Source: a bacterium (GTDB taxonomy: Bacteria; Patescibacteriota; UBA1384; JAGGWG01). From it: 64,000 bases of DNA. Under the pieces are notes generated by a model. That model was not told the DNA's origin, did no database searches, and worked only from the letters and a program-made list of their open reading frames with translations. Positions 49,322 through 59,627 of the stretch are shown here, piece after piece (position 1 is the first letter of the stretch; every line of letters begins with the position of its first letter). The stretch lies in contig JAGGWG010000020.1 of the NCBI GenBank assembly GCA_021157605.1, positions 1,110-65,109 on the forward strand, in the 5' to 3' direction. The position numbers and the translations under genes were made by a program.

Positions 49322-50628
49322 AAACCTAATTTTTTTATCACTTCTTTTAAATCCTTAACAGGAATAATTTTAAGTTTCTTTGAAGCAAAAATCTTTTTTG
49401 ATTCTGGAACTATAACTTTTTTAAAACCTAATTTTTTAGCTTCTTTTAGCCGTAACTGATGGCCAACAACTTCTTTGACCTCACCTGATAAGGATACCTC
49501 GCCCCAAAAGGCAGAGTAAGGATCTATTTTTTTGTCTTTTAAAGAAGAAATCAAGGCGACAGCTACAGCTAAATCTCCGGCTGGCTCTTTTAGATTAAGA
49601 CCTCCGGAAACTTTAACAAAAACGTCTTTGTCAAAAAAACGCAGACGCAGACGTTTTTCTAAAACCGCTAAAATCAAAAGCAGGCGGTTAAGTTCAATAC
49701 CAATAGCAGTGCGCTTGGGATAAGGAGAAAAACTCTTGGTAGTTAAAGCCTCAATAGTAACAAATAAAGGCCTTGTCCCTTCCAAAACACAAGCCTGTAC
49801 ACTACCAGAACTTTTGGCAAAAGAAAGAAATATTTGTGACGGATTTTTCACCGGCAAAAGACCCTCTTTTTTCATTTCAAAAACCCCTACCTCAGAAACC
49901 GGACCGAAGCGGTTTTTGACTGAACGCAATAGGCGATAAAAACCATACCTTTCCCCCTCTAAATAGAGCACAACATCTACCATATGCTCTACTGTTTTTG
50001 GTCCAGCTACTACACCCTCTTTAGTAACATGCCCAATAAGCAAAACTGCTATCTTCTCTTCCTTAGCAAACTGCATTAACTTAAGAGTAACCGCTTTTAC
50101 TTGAGGAATTGAACCAGCAGAAGCATCAATTGTTTCATCTGTAAGAGTTTGCAAAGAATCAACAATAAGAAGTTTGGGTCTTCTGTTTTTAGCTTCTTCT
50201 AAAACTTGACTAAGAGAGTTGGTGGCTAAAAAGTCTGGTTTTTTCTTTCCTTTTATTCTCTGCCAACGCTCAGAAACCTGAAACAGGTTTTCTTCACCAG
50301 AAACATAAAAAGAATCAACCAGTCCAGCAATTTGTAAAGCTAAAGTTGACTTCCCGACTCCCGGATCACCTCCCAACAGCACTAACGCCCCTTCCACCAA
50401 ACCGCCCCCCAACACTCTGTCCAGCTCAGAAATACCAGAAAAAATACGCTTAAACCCTGCTTTTTTCAATTTTTCTGTTTTGGCTGGCAAAAACTTTTTT
50501 TTCTCTCGGATTTTTCCACCCAAATGTAGCTCCTTAAAGCTATTCCACTGACCGCAGTGAGGACATTTTCCCAACCATTTAGCGGATTCAAAACCGCAAT
50601 TAGAACAAACATACACTGAAGCTACCAT
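49318..50628 (-). CDS. radA: DNA repair protein RadA/Sms
   Basis: C4 zinc finger, GDPGVGKST, KNRFG, Lon-like C-terminus; ATG at 50628. Confidence 0.97.
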   Translation of the reverse strand: MVASVYVCSNCGFESAKWLGKCPHCGQWNSFKELHLGGKIREKKKFLPAKTEKLKKAGFKRIFSGISELDRVLGGGLVEGALVLLGGDPGVGKSTLALQIAGLVDSFYVSGEENLFQVSERWQRIKGKKKPDFLATNSLSQVLEEAKNRRPKLLIVDSLQTLTDETIDASAGSIPQVKAVTLKLMQFAKEEKIAVLLIGHVTKEGVVAGPKTVEHMVDVVLYLEGERYGFYRLLRSVKNRFGPVSEVGVFEMKKEGLLPVKNPSQIFLSFAKSSGSVQACVLEGTRPLFVTIEALTTKSFSPYPKRTAIGIELNRLLLILAVLEKRLRLRFFDKDVFVKVSGGLNLKEPAGDLAVAVALISSLKDKKIDPYSAFWGEVSLSGEVKEVVGHQLRLKEAKKLGFKKVIVPESKKIFASKKLKIIPVKDLKEVIKKLGF

Positions 50629-50672
50629 TAACTCCAGTATAAACAAAATAACAAAACCAACAAGCGAAAAAC

Positions 50673-52361
50673 TCAAGAACCAATTTTCAAATCTTGAATC
50701 TTTAACTCTACCTTTGGACGACCAGCATAGTTGTCACAAATAAGAGAATAAACTAAATCTACTTTTTGCCCCCTACTTAAATGATTATTCAGGTCTCCTC
50801 CGTTAAAATAAACAGCCCGCATAACCTGACCCCCTTCCTGTAGAAAAATAGAAAGATGCCTGTTGCCATTCCCCATTGTTTTTAAATCCACAACCTCTGC
50901 TTCTTGGGTTAAAAATAAAGGTTTAGGATTACCCATACCAAAAGGTTCAAAATCCTGCATTAACTGCCAAAAACTAAAATCAATATCCTTAAAACTCAAT
51001 ATAGCGTCAATCTCTAACACCGGTAGCAAATCTTCTTCTTTTATTTTCTCTTCTGCCAATTGCAACAGCTTTTCGTAAAATTCCTCAACCTTATCCAACG
51101 CCAACTCTACACCAGCAGCTTTGGCATGACCGCCACCTTTGATAATAAAATCTTTAACTTCAGCCAAAGCCTCAACCAAATGAAAACCATCAATAGAACG
51201 TGCTGATCCTCTTGCTGTTTTTTCTCCTCTCTGTAAAACAAAAACCGGACGGTTAAAAGTTTCTTTTAGTTTGGAAGCTATTAAACCAACTAAACCAGAA
51301 GGCCATTCTTTATCTTGCACTAAAATAATCTTATGGCGGTGAAGTTTATTTTTTTCAATCTGCTTCAAAGCCTCTTTAACAAACCTTTCTGTCTGGCGCT
51401 GACGTTCACGATTCACTCCGTCTAAAATCTGGGCTAAACGACAAGCCTCCTTTCTGTCTTGAGTAGTCAAAAGTTTAAAAGAAGTTTGGGGATTGTAAAT
51501 TCTTCCCGGAGCATTAATTCTGGGAGCAAGAATAAAACCTACTCGATAAGCATCAATAGTATCAGATTCCAACCCTGATATCTTGATTAGCTCCTGCAAC
51601 CCTACCCTTTTTGTCTTTTGCAACACCCTAAGACCAAATTTAGCCAAAACCCTGTTTTCAGAAATTAAAGGAACCATATCAAAAATCACTGAAATTGCCA
51701 TTAAATCTAAAGACCAACGCAAAAAATCATTACTAATCCTTTTGTCCATCCTGGAAATACCCTGAATCAACTTAAAAGCAACAGCCGCTCCAGAAAGCTC
51801 TCTAAAAGGGTACTTTTCGTCTTTTCTCTTGGGATCAATTACTGCCAAAGCTTGAGGCAAAACTCTGCCGGTCTCATGATGATCACAGATTATAACATCT
51901 ATACCTAATTTTTTTGCCAAACGGCAAGCTTTTAAGTCTTTAATACCAGCATCTACAACTACTATTAATTTTACCCCTTTGCTAGAAAAATAGTTAACCG
52001 CTTGAGGAGAAAAACCATAACCCTCAGAACGGGAAGGAATATAGACCAAAGTCTTAAGCCCTAATTTTTTAAAAGCTTCAGATAAAAAAGCGGCTCCAGG
52101 TATACCATCAGCATCATAATCACCAAAAATACCGACCTTTTCCTTGTTTTTGGAAGCTTGAATAATACGTTTTGCTGCTTTTTCTAAATCACGAAGCCTA
52201 AAAGGGTCAAATAAATCTTTTTTGGTATCTGGCTGCAAAAAAGACTGCACCTCCTTTTCAACCTTTTTCAAAGAAGAAATAACTCCCCGATTGTATAAAA
52301 GTTGAACTTTTAGGTCATTACTAACTTTAGGGAAAATTCGCCACTTAAACTTTGATTTCAT
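50673..52361 (-). CDS. recJ: ssDNA exonuclease RecJ
   Basis: GDYDADG, DHH, PRINA.GR, GSARS, GGHAKAAG, EPFGMGNPKP. Confidence 0.97.
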   Translation of the reverse strand: MKSKFKWRIFPKVSNDLKVQLLYNRGVISSLKKVEKEVQSFLQPDTKKDLFDPFRLRDLEKAAKRIIQASKNKEKVGIFGDYDADGIPGAAFLSEAFKKLGLKTLVYIPSRSEGYGFSPQAVNYFSSKGVKLIVVVDAGIKDLKACRLAKKLGIDVIICDHHETGRVLPQALAVIDPKRKDEKYPFRELSGAAVAFKLIQGISRMDKRISNDFLRWSLDLMAISVIFDMVPLISENRVLAKFGLRVLQKTKRVGLQELIKISGLESDTIDAYRVGFILAPRINAPGRIYNPQTSFKLLTTQDRKEACRLAQILDGVNRERQRQTERFVKEALKQIEKNKLHRHKIILVQDKEWPSGLVGLIASKLKETFNRPVFVLQRGEKTARGSARSIDGFHLVEALAEVKDFIIKGGGHAKAAGVELALDKVEEFYEKLLQLAEEKIKEEDLLPVLEIDAILSFKDIDFSFWQLMQDFEPFGMGNPKPLFLTQEAEVVDLKTMGNGNRHLSIFLQEGGQVMRAVYFNGGDLNNHLSRGQKVDLVYSLICDNYAGRPKVELKIQDLKIGS

Positions 52362-52365
52362 CGTT

Positions 52366-53118
52366 CTATTTTACAAAAACCCGATGAGAAAAGCGAAGAT
52401 CAATATATTCAGTAGGAGCAATCATCTCTTTAGCCCTGATAAATTGAGATAACATCTCCTGAGGAGAACGCGTCGGAGAAACAATCAAGGCTATGCCATT
52501 ATCAGTAAAAGCCCAAAGATCAAACAAAGACTCATTAATTTCAAAATGATCTATTTTTATTCCTTTTTCTTTGGCTTCTTTTTGAAAACTTAAAAGAAAC
52601 TCCCCAAAAGAGTAAGGTATAATTTTTCTGCCAATCGCAACAGGCAGATTTTTATTATCCTTAACTCTTAAGAGCTTGCTATTTTTACCCTCTTTAATCA
52701 CCCGCCCCTTTTCTCCAAGCAAAAAAGTTTTTCCTCCTGTTTCCCAATTCATTATTGGAGTTGTCTCCTGAAGCACTATTTTGACTGTGTGAGGCAAACC
52801 TTTGAAAATCAAAACTTCTAAAACTAAAGGGTTTTTACTCAAGATCTGATCTTTAAGATTTTGACCCTGCCAAAGAAAGATATTTTTGCCTAAAGCTTCT
52901 GATTTGGCTATCTCTTCTATTTCCTTTTTTTCCACACCCGCGGTATGCCCTATCTCTATCTCCTTAATAACAAAAACAGGTGAAAGCAGAAAAAGATAGA
53001 ACAAGGCGGAAATAATAGCTACAAAAAAAATAACCAAAAATATCTTTTTCCAAGGTATTTCTGTTTTTTTTGAAGACCTGTAACCGGGAATAACTTTAGG
53101 CATGCGCTGAATGCTCAT
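52366..53118 (-). CDS. ftsQ: Cell division protein FtsQ/DivIB
   Basis: TM, POTRA-like domain, C-terminal YIDLRF; located in the dcw cluster. Confidence 0.85.
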   Translation of the reverse strand: MSIQRMPKVIPGYRSSKKTEIPWKKIFLVIFFVAIISALFYLFLLSPVFVIKEIEIGHTAGVEKKEIEEIAKSEALGKNIFLWQGQNLKDQILSKNPLVLEVLIFKGLPHTVKIVLQETTPIMNWETGGKTFLLGEKGRVIKEGKNSKLLRVKDNKNLPVAIGRKIIPYSFGEFLLSFQKEAKEKGIKIDHFEINESLFDLWAFTDNGIALIVSPTRSPQEMLSQFIRAKEMIAPTEYIDLRFSHRVFVK

Positions 53119-53155
53119 CTAAAAAATTAATTAACCAACCTTGTTAGCAAACTTT

Positions 53156-54154
53156 TTACTTTTCTTCTTTAAGTTCAGCTACCTCTATCTCCTCTTCCAG
53201 CATTATAGCAAATTTTTTCCTCACCGCCTCTTTGGCTCGCTCTGCTAATAACAAGTAGTCTTTGCTTTTGCCACCACCCAAATTCACAAAAAAATTAGCG
53301 TGAATTTCAGAAATCTGGATTCTGCCTAAACGTTGACCTTTGAGGCCAGCGCTATCAAGCAGAAATCCAGCTGAAATCCGCCCCTCTCTTTTGGGACCTT
53401 TAAAACCAGCCGGAGCTAAAGGATTTTTAAAAACACAACCCAAAGAAGGCAACCGAGGTTGGCTTTTCTGTCTGATAAGAAAATGAGACTGAATCATTCG
53501 CTTAACCTCAACCATTTGCTTAGGCTCAATCTTTAGCCTGACATTTAAAACCACAGGATAAGAAAGAAAACCGCTTCTTTTCCCTGCTCCCTTAAGCGCA
53601 GAAGAACGATAATTAAGAGCTAATTTTTCTTGCGACCAATAAGACTCATTCCCCTTTTTGTCCAAAACATTTATCCCTAAAAGCACATCTTTAATCTCTT
53701 TAGAAAAGGCACCAGCGTTATTTACCACTGCCCCAGCCAAAGTGCCTGGTATAGTAGCCAAAAACTCCAAACCGCCCTTATTACGCTGGGCTAACTCTTT
53801 AACTAATGACAAAAGAGTGATACCTGAAGGAGCCAAAACTTCATTCTCACTTACCCTTACAGCCTCTTCAGAAGATAAACGATTGTAACGGTTAACTATT
53901 ACCAAACCAGAAAATCCTTCATCTAAAAAAAGAATATTGCTGGCACTACCAACTACTACATGAGGCAGATTTAAAGAACGGGCTATTTTAACCGCTTTTA
54001 TCAACTGCTTTTTATTAAACGCCTTAAAAAGATAACGCGCTCTTCCTCCTAAACGAACAAAACTCAATTTTTTCAAAGGGAAACCACGCTCAATTGGGCC
54101 TAACTTTTGCTTAAGAATAGCTTCAGTTTCGTCTTTGGCGGAAAAGAAAATCAT
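53156..54154 (-). CDS. murB: UDP-N-acetylmuramate dehydrogenase
   Basis: GSASNIL, GLEF...IPGT..GAV..NAGA, SLGCVFKNP, HANF. Confidence 0.95.
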   Translation of the reverse strand: MIFFSAKDETEAILKQKLGPIERGFPLKKLSFVRLGGRARYLFKAFNKKQLIKAVKIARSLNLPHVVVGSASNILFLDEGFSGLVIVNRYNRLSSEEAVRVSENEVLAPSGITLLSLVKELAQRNKGGLEFLATIPGTLAGAVVNNAGAFSKEIKDVLLGINVLDKKGNESYWSQEKLALNYRSSALKGAGKRSGFLSYPVVLNVRLKIEPKQMVEVKRMIQSHFLIRQKSQPRLPSLGCVFKNPLAPAGFKGPKREGRISAGFLLDSAGLKGQRLGRIQISEIHANFFVNLGGGKSKDYLLLAERAKEAVRKKFAIMLEEEIEVAELKEEK

Positions 54155-55152
54155 AATCCCAATACCTCCTTTACTTTAGCTTGGATTTTGGCAAAATTCC
54201 CCCCGTAAGGCAAAAGCACATAAGCCCCATTACGATAACTGCTGTACAACAATCCATCCTTGCGGTTATCAATCACATAATTATTTTTTAGAGAAAAATT
54301 AGGTATTTCTTTAAGAAAAGATATGGTCTGATTATAAGAAATATCAGTTCTCAAATGGGAAGAAAGAATTTTAATAATATGGTAAAGCCTGAAGGGGTTA
54401 AGATAAACCTTATCTTTTAAAAACTTATCTTTGAGTGCCAAAATAACCTGCTGCTGTCTGCGGGAGCGGTCAAAATCAGAATCAGTATACCGAGAACGAA
54501 CATATCTCAAAACCGTTTCCCCATCCAGATGGTGCCAGCCGGCAGTTAGATAAAGATCGACTACAGAATCATTAAAGTTTTTCTCCACTTCAATATCTAA
54601 ACCCCCTAAAGCATCAATTAATTCCCTAAATCCATAAAAATCCATCTTTACATAGTAATTAATAGGAATACCCAAGACAGAAGAAACCAACTCTTTTGCA
54701 TAATCTCCCCCGCCACCATAATACCTGTCTCCACACCAAAACATGGTATTAATTTTATGAAAACCGCATTTCCCCACCTTTAAATAAAGATCTCTGGGCA
54801 AAGAAATCAAATAAGCTTCTCCAGAATCCTTAAGAATCAATACCTGAATGCTATCTACTAAAGCGCCGCCGGGGTGGCCAGCCCCGCCTGACCCTAAAAG
54901 CAAAAAAGAGGTATAACCGGAAAAATCAACACTTGAAGGTATATAAGCGCTTTGGCTTTTATCCTCTTCAGTTTCATAAGAGGCAATGGAACTAACTTTG
55001 GGTTGGAAAATATTATTTTTAGCCTGAGCAAGAAAAAAATAACCATAAGCTAAAAAACCAGTAAAGAGCAAGACTACTGCCAAGGCCACAATCTCCCACC
55101 AAAAAAGCCTAAAGTTGCTCTTTTTGTTTTTGGAAAGATCAAAATTAGGCAT
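54151..55152 (-). CDS. LCP (LytR-CpsA-Psr) family protein
   Basis: ISLPRD, KIN, IDALGG, YVRSR...DFDRSRRQQ. Confidence 0.93.
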   Translation of the reverse strand: MPNFDLSKNKKSNFRLFWWEIVALAVVLLFTGFLAYGYFFLAQAKNNIFQPKVSSIASYETEEDKSQSAYIPSSVDFSGYTSFLLLGSGGAGHPGGALVDSIQVLILKDSGEAYLISLPRDLYLKVGKCGFHKINTMFWCGDRYYGGGGDYAKELVSSVLGIPINYYVKMDFYGFRELIDALGGLDIEVEKNFNDSVVDLYLTAGWHHLDGETVLRYVRSRYTDSDFDRSRRQQQVILALKDKFLKDKVYLNPFRLYHIIKILSSHLRTDISYNQTISFLKEIPNFSLKNNYVIDNRKDGLLYSSYRNGAYVLLPYGGNFAKIQAKVKEVLGL

Positions 55153-56269
55153 CTTTTTTGTCCTTTAATAAAGCGAGAATCTCCTGGGCTATTCTTTCTG
55201 CTGAATGAGGATAAAAAAGCTGGAAAAGATTATTGCCCATTTTCTCCCTTTCTTCAGGATGGGCGATAAGATAACTTACTGTTTGCCAGAATTTTTTTGG
55301 ATCAAATCGGGACTCAACAAACATCTTTGCCCCTCCCAATGAAGTAGCAAATTTAGCATTAAAGTACTGGTGATTCTGGGCTGCATAAGGATAAGGAATA
55401 AAAAGCACTGCCTTTTTCAAAAAAGCCAGCTCAAATAAAGTATTAGCCCCTGCCCGAGAAATTACCAAATCAGCAGCCGCCAAAAACAAAGGCATTTTAT
55501 AGGAAAAAGCAAAGATGTGATATTTTTTTTGCAAAACTTGAGGAAGTCTGGCTTTGACTTCTTTTGTTTTAATAATCCCCTGTTTACCAGTCAAATGAAC
55601 CACCTGTACTTTTTTCAAAAGATAATCTATATTTTGCCAAACTAGCTCATTTAAAAACATTGCTCCTAAACTGCCGCCAGTAATAACTAATATCGGTTTG
55701 CCATTATCAAGATTAAGCTTACTTAAAATACTTTTGCGATTTTTAATTTTAAAAAAATCTGAACGAATAGGAATGCCAGCATGGAATAACTTAGGACGAA
55801 GACGCTTGGGGTACAAGGAACAAGGAAAAGCCACAGCCATTTTTTTCATAAAACGCAATAGATAGGCATTAGTTTTCCCCATAATGCTGTCCGACTCATG
55901 ACCAATAATAGGGATTTTCAGGCTGTAGGCAGCTAAAACCATAGGAAAACTCACAAACCCTCCTTTGGCAAAAAGAACTTTAACATCCTCTTTTCTCAAT
56001 AACGCTCTTGCTTGACAAATCCCACACCCAATTTTTAAAGGGGTAAATAGATTAGAAAAACTAAAAAAACGGTGCCATTTTCCTGAAGTAATAGAGAAAA
56101 ATTCAAACCCGGCTTTTTTAGCCAACTCCTCTTCTAAAGAATTTTTAAGACCAAAATAAACAATCCTTGCTTTTGGCTCTTTTGCTTTTAGGGCTTTGCC
56201 CACTTCAATTGTAGGCCAAATATGCCCAGCCGTTCCTCCCCCAGTTAAACCAATTGTAATCTTAGCCAT
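55145..56269 (-). CDS. murG: MurG glycosyltransferase
   Basis: GGGTAGHIWP, GGFVS, GGSLGA, SRAGA, HQYFNA. Confidence 0.96.
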   Translation of the reverse strand: MAKITIGLTGGGTAGHIWPTIEVGKALKAKEPKARIVYFGLKNSLEEELAKKAGFEFFSITSGKWHRFFSFSNLFTPLKIGCGICQARALLRKEDVKVLFAKGGFVSFPMVLAAYSLKIPIIGHESDSIMGKTNAYLLRFMKKMAVAFPCSLYPKRLRPKLFHAGIPIRSDFFKIKNRKSILSKLNLDNGKPILVITGGSLGAMFLNELVWQNIDYLLKKVQVVHLTGKQGIIKTKEVKARLPQVLQKKYHIFAFSYKMPLFLAAADLVISRAGANTLFELAFLKKAVLFIPYPYAAQNHQYFNAKFATSLGGAKMFVESRFDPKKFWQTVSYLIAHPEEREKMGNNLFQLFYPHSAERIAQEILALLKDKKDA

Positions 56270-56280
56270 AAAAAATTACC

Positions 56281-57390
56281 CTAAGTTATTATTTCTTTAC
56301 GCTGACGAGATATATTTAACAAAATACCTACAGCAGCAAGAGAAAGCACTAAAGAACTGCCTCCATAACTAATAAAAGGCAAAGGCACACCTGTTAAAGG
56401 CAAAACCCCTATCATCCCGCCTAAATTAATTAAAGCCTGAAGAGTAAACCAGCTGACAATACCCAAAGAAAGAAAACGGCCAAAATCATCTGGAGCTTTT
56501 TTAGCCACAATCCAACCCCGCCAAATCAAAAAAGCAAAAAACAGAATAACAAAACAGCTTCTTAAAAAACCTAACTCCTCAGCAATAACAGCAAAAATTG
56601 AATCTGTATGAGCTTCAGGAAGATAAAAATACTTTTGTCGTGATTGGCCAAATCCTAAACCCCACAAACCTCCTGAACCCACAGCAATAGATATGTTGCG
56701 GGCATGATACCCAATACCTAAAGGATCATTTTCCGGATTTATAAAAGCTAAAAGACGATGCATTCTATAAGGGGAAGAAACGCTTAAAACCACCACTGCC
56801 AAAACACCAACTAAAAGAACTAAGGCAAAATGGCTCCACCTTGCTCCAGCCACAAAAAAAAGAATCAAGCCAATACCCAAAAATATGGTAGCTGTTCCCA
56901 AATCCGGCTCAAGAAGAATTAAAAAACCAATAAGCCCCACTATTAACCAATAAGGTAAAACCCCTTTAGTAAAACTCTCCATTCTTTCTTTATGGGAAGA
57001 AAGCCAGGAAGCTAAATAAATCACAAAAAATACCTTTGCTAATTCTGAAGCCTGGAAATTAATTGGGCCAAAATAAAGCCATCTTTTGGCACCACCAATA
57101 GTAGGAGCAAAAGGCAAAGGCAAAACTACAAGAACCAGCAAAAGAAGAGTTAAAAGCAAAAACCAAACTGAATATTTTTTCCAAAAATGATAATCAATAC
57201 GCTGAATAACAAACCAAAAAACCAAACCTACGCCCAAAGCAATAGCTTGGCGCACAAGATAATGGTAAGGATTGCCAAACCTTTCTAAAGAAATCACTAC
57301 TGAGGCAGAATAAACAAAAACCAAACCTACAACTACCAAAAGAAAAACCACTATACTCAACCAAGGATCTGCCTTTTTAAACCTTGCCAT
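56281..57390 (-). CDS. ftsW: Peptidoglycan polymerase FtsW
   Basis: VYSAS, GAKRW, QASELAK, EPDLGT, LPEAHTD, SYGGSS. Confidence 0.95.
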   Translation of the reverse strand: MARFKKADPWLSIVVFLLVVVGLVFVYSASVVISLERFGNPYHYLVRQAIALGVGLVFWFVIQRIDYHFWKKYSVWFLLLTLLLLVLVVLPLPFAPTIGGAKRWLYFGPINFQASELAKVFFVIYLASWLSSHKERMESFTKGVLPYWLIVGLIGFLILLEPDLGTATIFLGIGLILFFVAGARWSHFALVLLVGVLAVVVLSVSSPYRMHRLLAFINPENDPLGIGYHARNISIAVGSGGLWGLGFGQSRQKYFYLPEAHTDSIFAVIAEELGFLRSCFVILFFAFLIWRGWIVAKKAPDDFGRFLSLGIVSWFTLQALINLGGMIGVLPLTGVPLPFISYGGSSLVLSLAAVGILLNISRQRKEIIT

Positions 57391-58840
57391 ATTTAAATTT
57401 AGCTATCTGTTCTTTAACTAATTTTTTGAACTTTCTGCCTCTCTCCCGATAGTCTTTAAACTCACCAAAACTCTCGCAAGCAGGCGAAAGAAGCACTACT
57501 TCCCCACCATCAAGAAGAGAAAAAACTTTTCTTAATGCTTCCTCTAAAGAGGAGCATTTTTTTACTAAAACTTTACTATTGCCCATTTCTAACCAAAGTT
57601 TAGCTATCTGCTCTTTAGCTTCACCGATTAAAAACAAAGCCTTAACTTCTCTGGCTACTACTTTTAACCAATCAGCAAAATCATTAGGATTTGGTTTGGA
57701 CTTGCCGCCAGCAATAACAATTTTTTTCCTGCCCGGAAAGGCCTCAATTGCCGCCGCCGCTGCCTCCGGATTTGTAGCTTGGGAATCGTTATAAAACTCT
57801 ACTCCACGCCACTTAGCTATTAGCTCTAAACGATGTTTTAATCCTTTAAAACTCTGCAAACCTTTTCTTATCTTTTCTATTGGCGCCCCTACTCTTTTAG
57901 CCACCAAACTGGCAGCTAAAGCATTTAAAACATTGTGTCTGCCCGGTATAAGAAGCTCTTCCTTTCTAATAATCTCTTCTTTTTTGCCAAAATAAAAATA
58001 CAATGTCTCTTTATCTAAAAAAGCACCTTTTTTCTTAACCGGTTTTAGACCAAACCAATAAACATCAGCTGGTGTAGCAGAAGCAAAACTGCGTAAATAG
58101 TGATTTTCATAATTAAGCACAGCCAAGGAAAAAGGCTTCTGATAACGCACTAGGTTCTTTTTAACTTCAACATATTCAGAAAAAGAAGCATGGTCATCAA
58201 GATGGGTCGGCGAAACAGTAGTCAAAACAGCGATATCAGGTGAATGTTTCAAACCAATAAGTTGGCGATTAGAAATCTCCAAAATAAGTATGTCTTTTTT
58301 GTTGGCTTCTTCAATCTTATCTAAAACCGGTGGATTATTTCTGTCATTTCCTGAAAGCCAAACTTTTCTTTGCGGCAGATTTTTTAAAAGATGGTATATA
58401 AGAGCTGAGGTTGTTGATTTGCCCGAACTGCCGCTAATGCCAATAATTAAACCCTTAAAAAGAAGAAAATAAAGCTCTGTAAGCTGCATAAATTTAACCT
58501 TGCCTTCTACTCTATGCAGAGATTCGTTTTGGGGGTATCTAAACCAAGATTGGGGAACAAAAACAATATCAGCTTTATTGACACCCTCAAGATATCTTTT
58601 TCGCAAACGCAACCCCTCTTTCTCTGCTAAAATCTCCTGCCAAATATCTTTTTTCTCTTTGGTTGTTAAATAATCATGAAAAGAAAAAAAGTTTTCTTTT
58701 AAAGCTGTTAAATTAGGGGAAAAATCATGCAAGATAGCCCTGATTTGGTGTTTTTTCAACCACCTGAAAATCGCCAACCCCTCCATCCCGGAAATACCAA
58801 CTATATGGATTTTTTTGTTTTTGAGAAAATCAAGAGACAT
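57377..58840 (-). CDS. murD: UDP-MurNAc-L-Ala--D-Glu ligase
   Basis: GSSGKSTT, HLDDH, HRLE, YNDSQATN, LLSPACES; ATG at 58840. Confidence 0.93.
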   Translation of the reverse strand: MSLDFLKNKKIHIVGISGMEGLAIFRWLKKHQIRAILHDFSPNLTALKENFFSFHDYLTTKEKKDIWQEILAEKEGLRLRKRYLEGVNKADIVFVPQSWFRYPQNESLHRVEGKVKFMQLTELYFLLFKGLIIGISGSSGKSTTSALIYHLLKNLPQRKVWLSGNDRNNPPVLDKIEEANKKDILILEISNRQLIGLKHSPDIAVLTTVSPTHLDDHASFSEYVEVKKNLVRYQKPFSLAVLNYENHYLRSFASATPADVYWFGLKPVKKKGAFLDKETLYFYFGKKEEIIRKEELLIPGRHNVLNALAASLVAKRVGAPIEKIRKGLQSFKGLKHRLELIAKWRGVEFYNDSQATNPEAAAAAIEAFPGRKKIVIAGGKSKPNPNDFADWLKVVAREVKALFLIGEAKEQIAKLWLEMGNSKVLVKKCSSLEEALRKVFSLLDGGEVVLLSPACESFGEFKDYRERGRKFKKLVKEQIAKFKYGKV

Positions 58841-58888
58841 TCTAAAAAAAAGATACCACAAATAAGCCTAAAAACAAAGGTTATTTGT

Positions 58889-59575
58889 TTACTCTATAGT
58901 GCCTGTAATTCTCCACTCTGAAGGATGAAAAGTACCTGCTGCTGTATGACAAGGGCACCAATTCCCCATGTCTTCTATGGAATGATAACATATTTTATAA
59001 TATGCTCCAACTACCCAACCATAAGAACCATAAGAGTTGATACTATTATAGCAAAAAAAACTTTTAAAGCCTAAATCTTTAAAAAGAGACAAGCCTCTTA
59101 TGCTAAAATTAAAAATACCTTTATAATAATAAGGAGGCGGTGCCTCTGGGTCTACATTTTGATCAGGATTAGAAATAACAGGAGAAGACTCAAGACTAAT
59201 TTCGGTAAAGGAACCTTGACCATTCTTGGCAGCATTATAATCACTATAAAGTGGGATACTAGATTGAACCTTAACTAAATCCCATGTCTCCCGGATAGTT
59301 TTACCCCCCATAGTCCCTCGAATTTGCCACTGGGCAGGCCCAATTGAGATTTTGCCTCTTCCCCAATCTTGCACATCAAGCCACTGGCTCACTTTATAGG
59401 TCAAATCATAACTGCTTGCTCCTGCTACTGTTGGCAGCAAAGGCGAACCAATAGTTAAGCCTCCGATCTTAACAGGAGGCAAAAAAAGCAAAAACAAACC
59501 TAAAGCCAAAAAGACAATTCCTCCTGCTAATAACTTCCACTCTTTTTGAAATATGTTTTTGATTTTCATACCCAA
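58889..59575 (-). CDS. Membrane-anchored hypothetical protein with CxH...CPCH motif
   Basis: N-terminal TM; beta-rich body; AYYKICYH...WCPCH near the C-terminus. Confidence 0.7.
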   Translation of the reverse strand: MGMKIKNIFQKEWKLLAGGIVFLALGLFLLFLPPVKIGGLTIGSPLLPTVAGASSYDLTYKVSQWLDVQDWGRGKISIGPAQWQIRGTMGGKTIRETWDLVKVQSSIPLYSDYNAAKNGQGSFTEISLESSPVISNPDQNVDPEAPPPYYYKGIFNFSIRGLSLFKDLGFKSFFCYNSINSYGSYGWVVGAYYKICYHSIEDMGNWCPCHTAAGTFHPSEWRITGTIE

Positions 59576-59627
59576 ATTTCGTATTTATAATATCAAATTT
59601 TTAAATGCCAAAAAAGTGGATAAAAAA

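Noticed and set aside
59616-59624. AGTGGATAA upstream of ORF 58889-59575
   Set aside because: One mismatch to the DnaA box and opposite orientation relative to the gene; not counted with the pil boxes.
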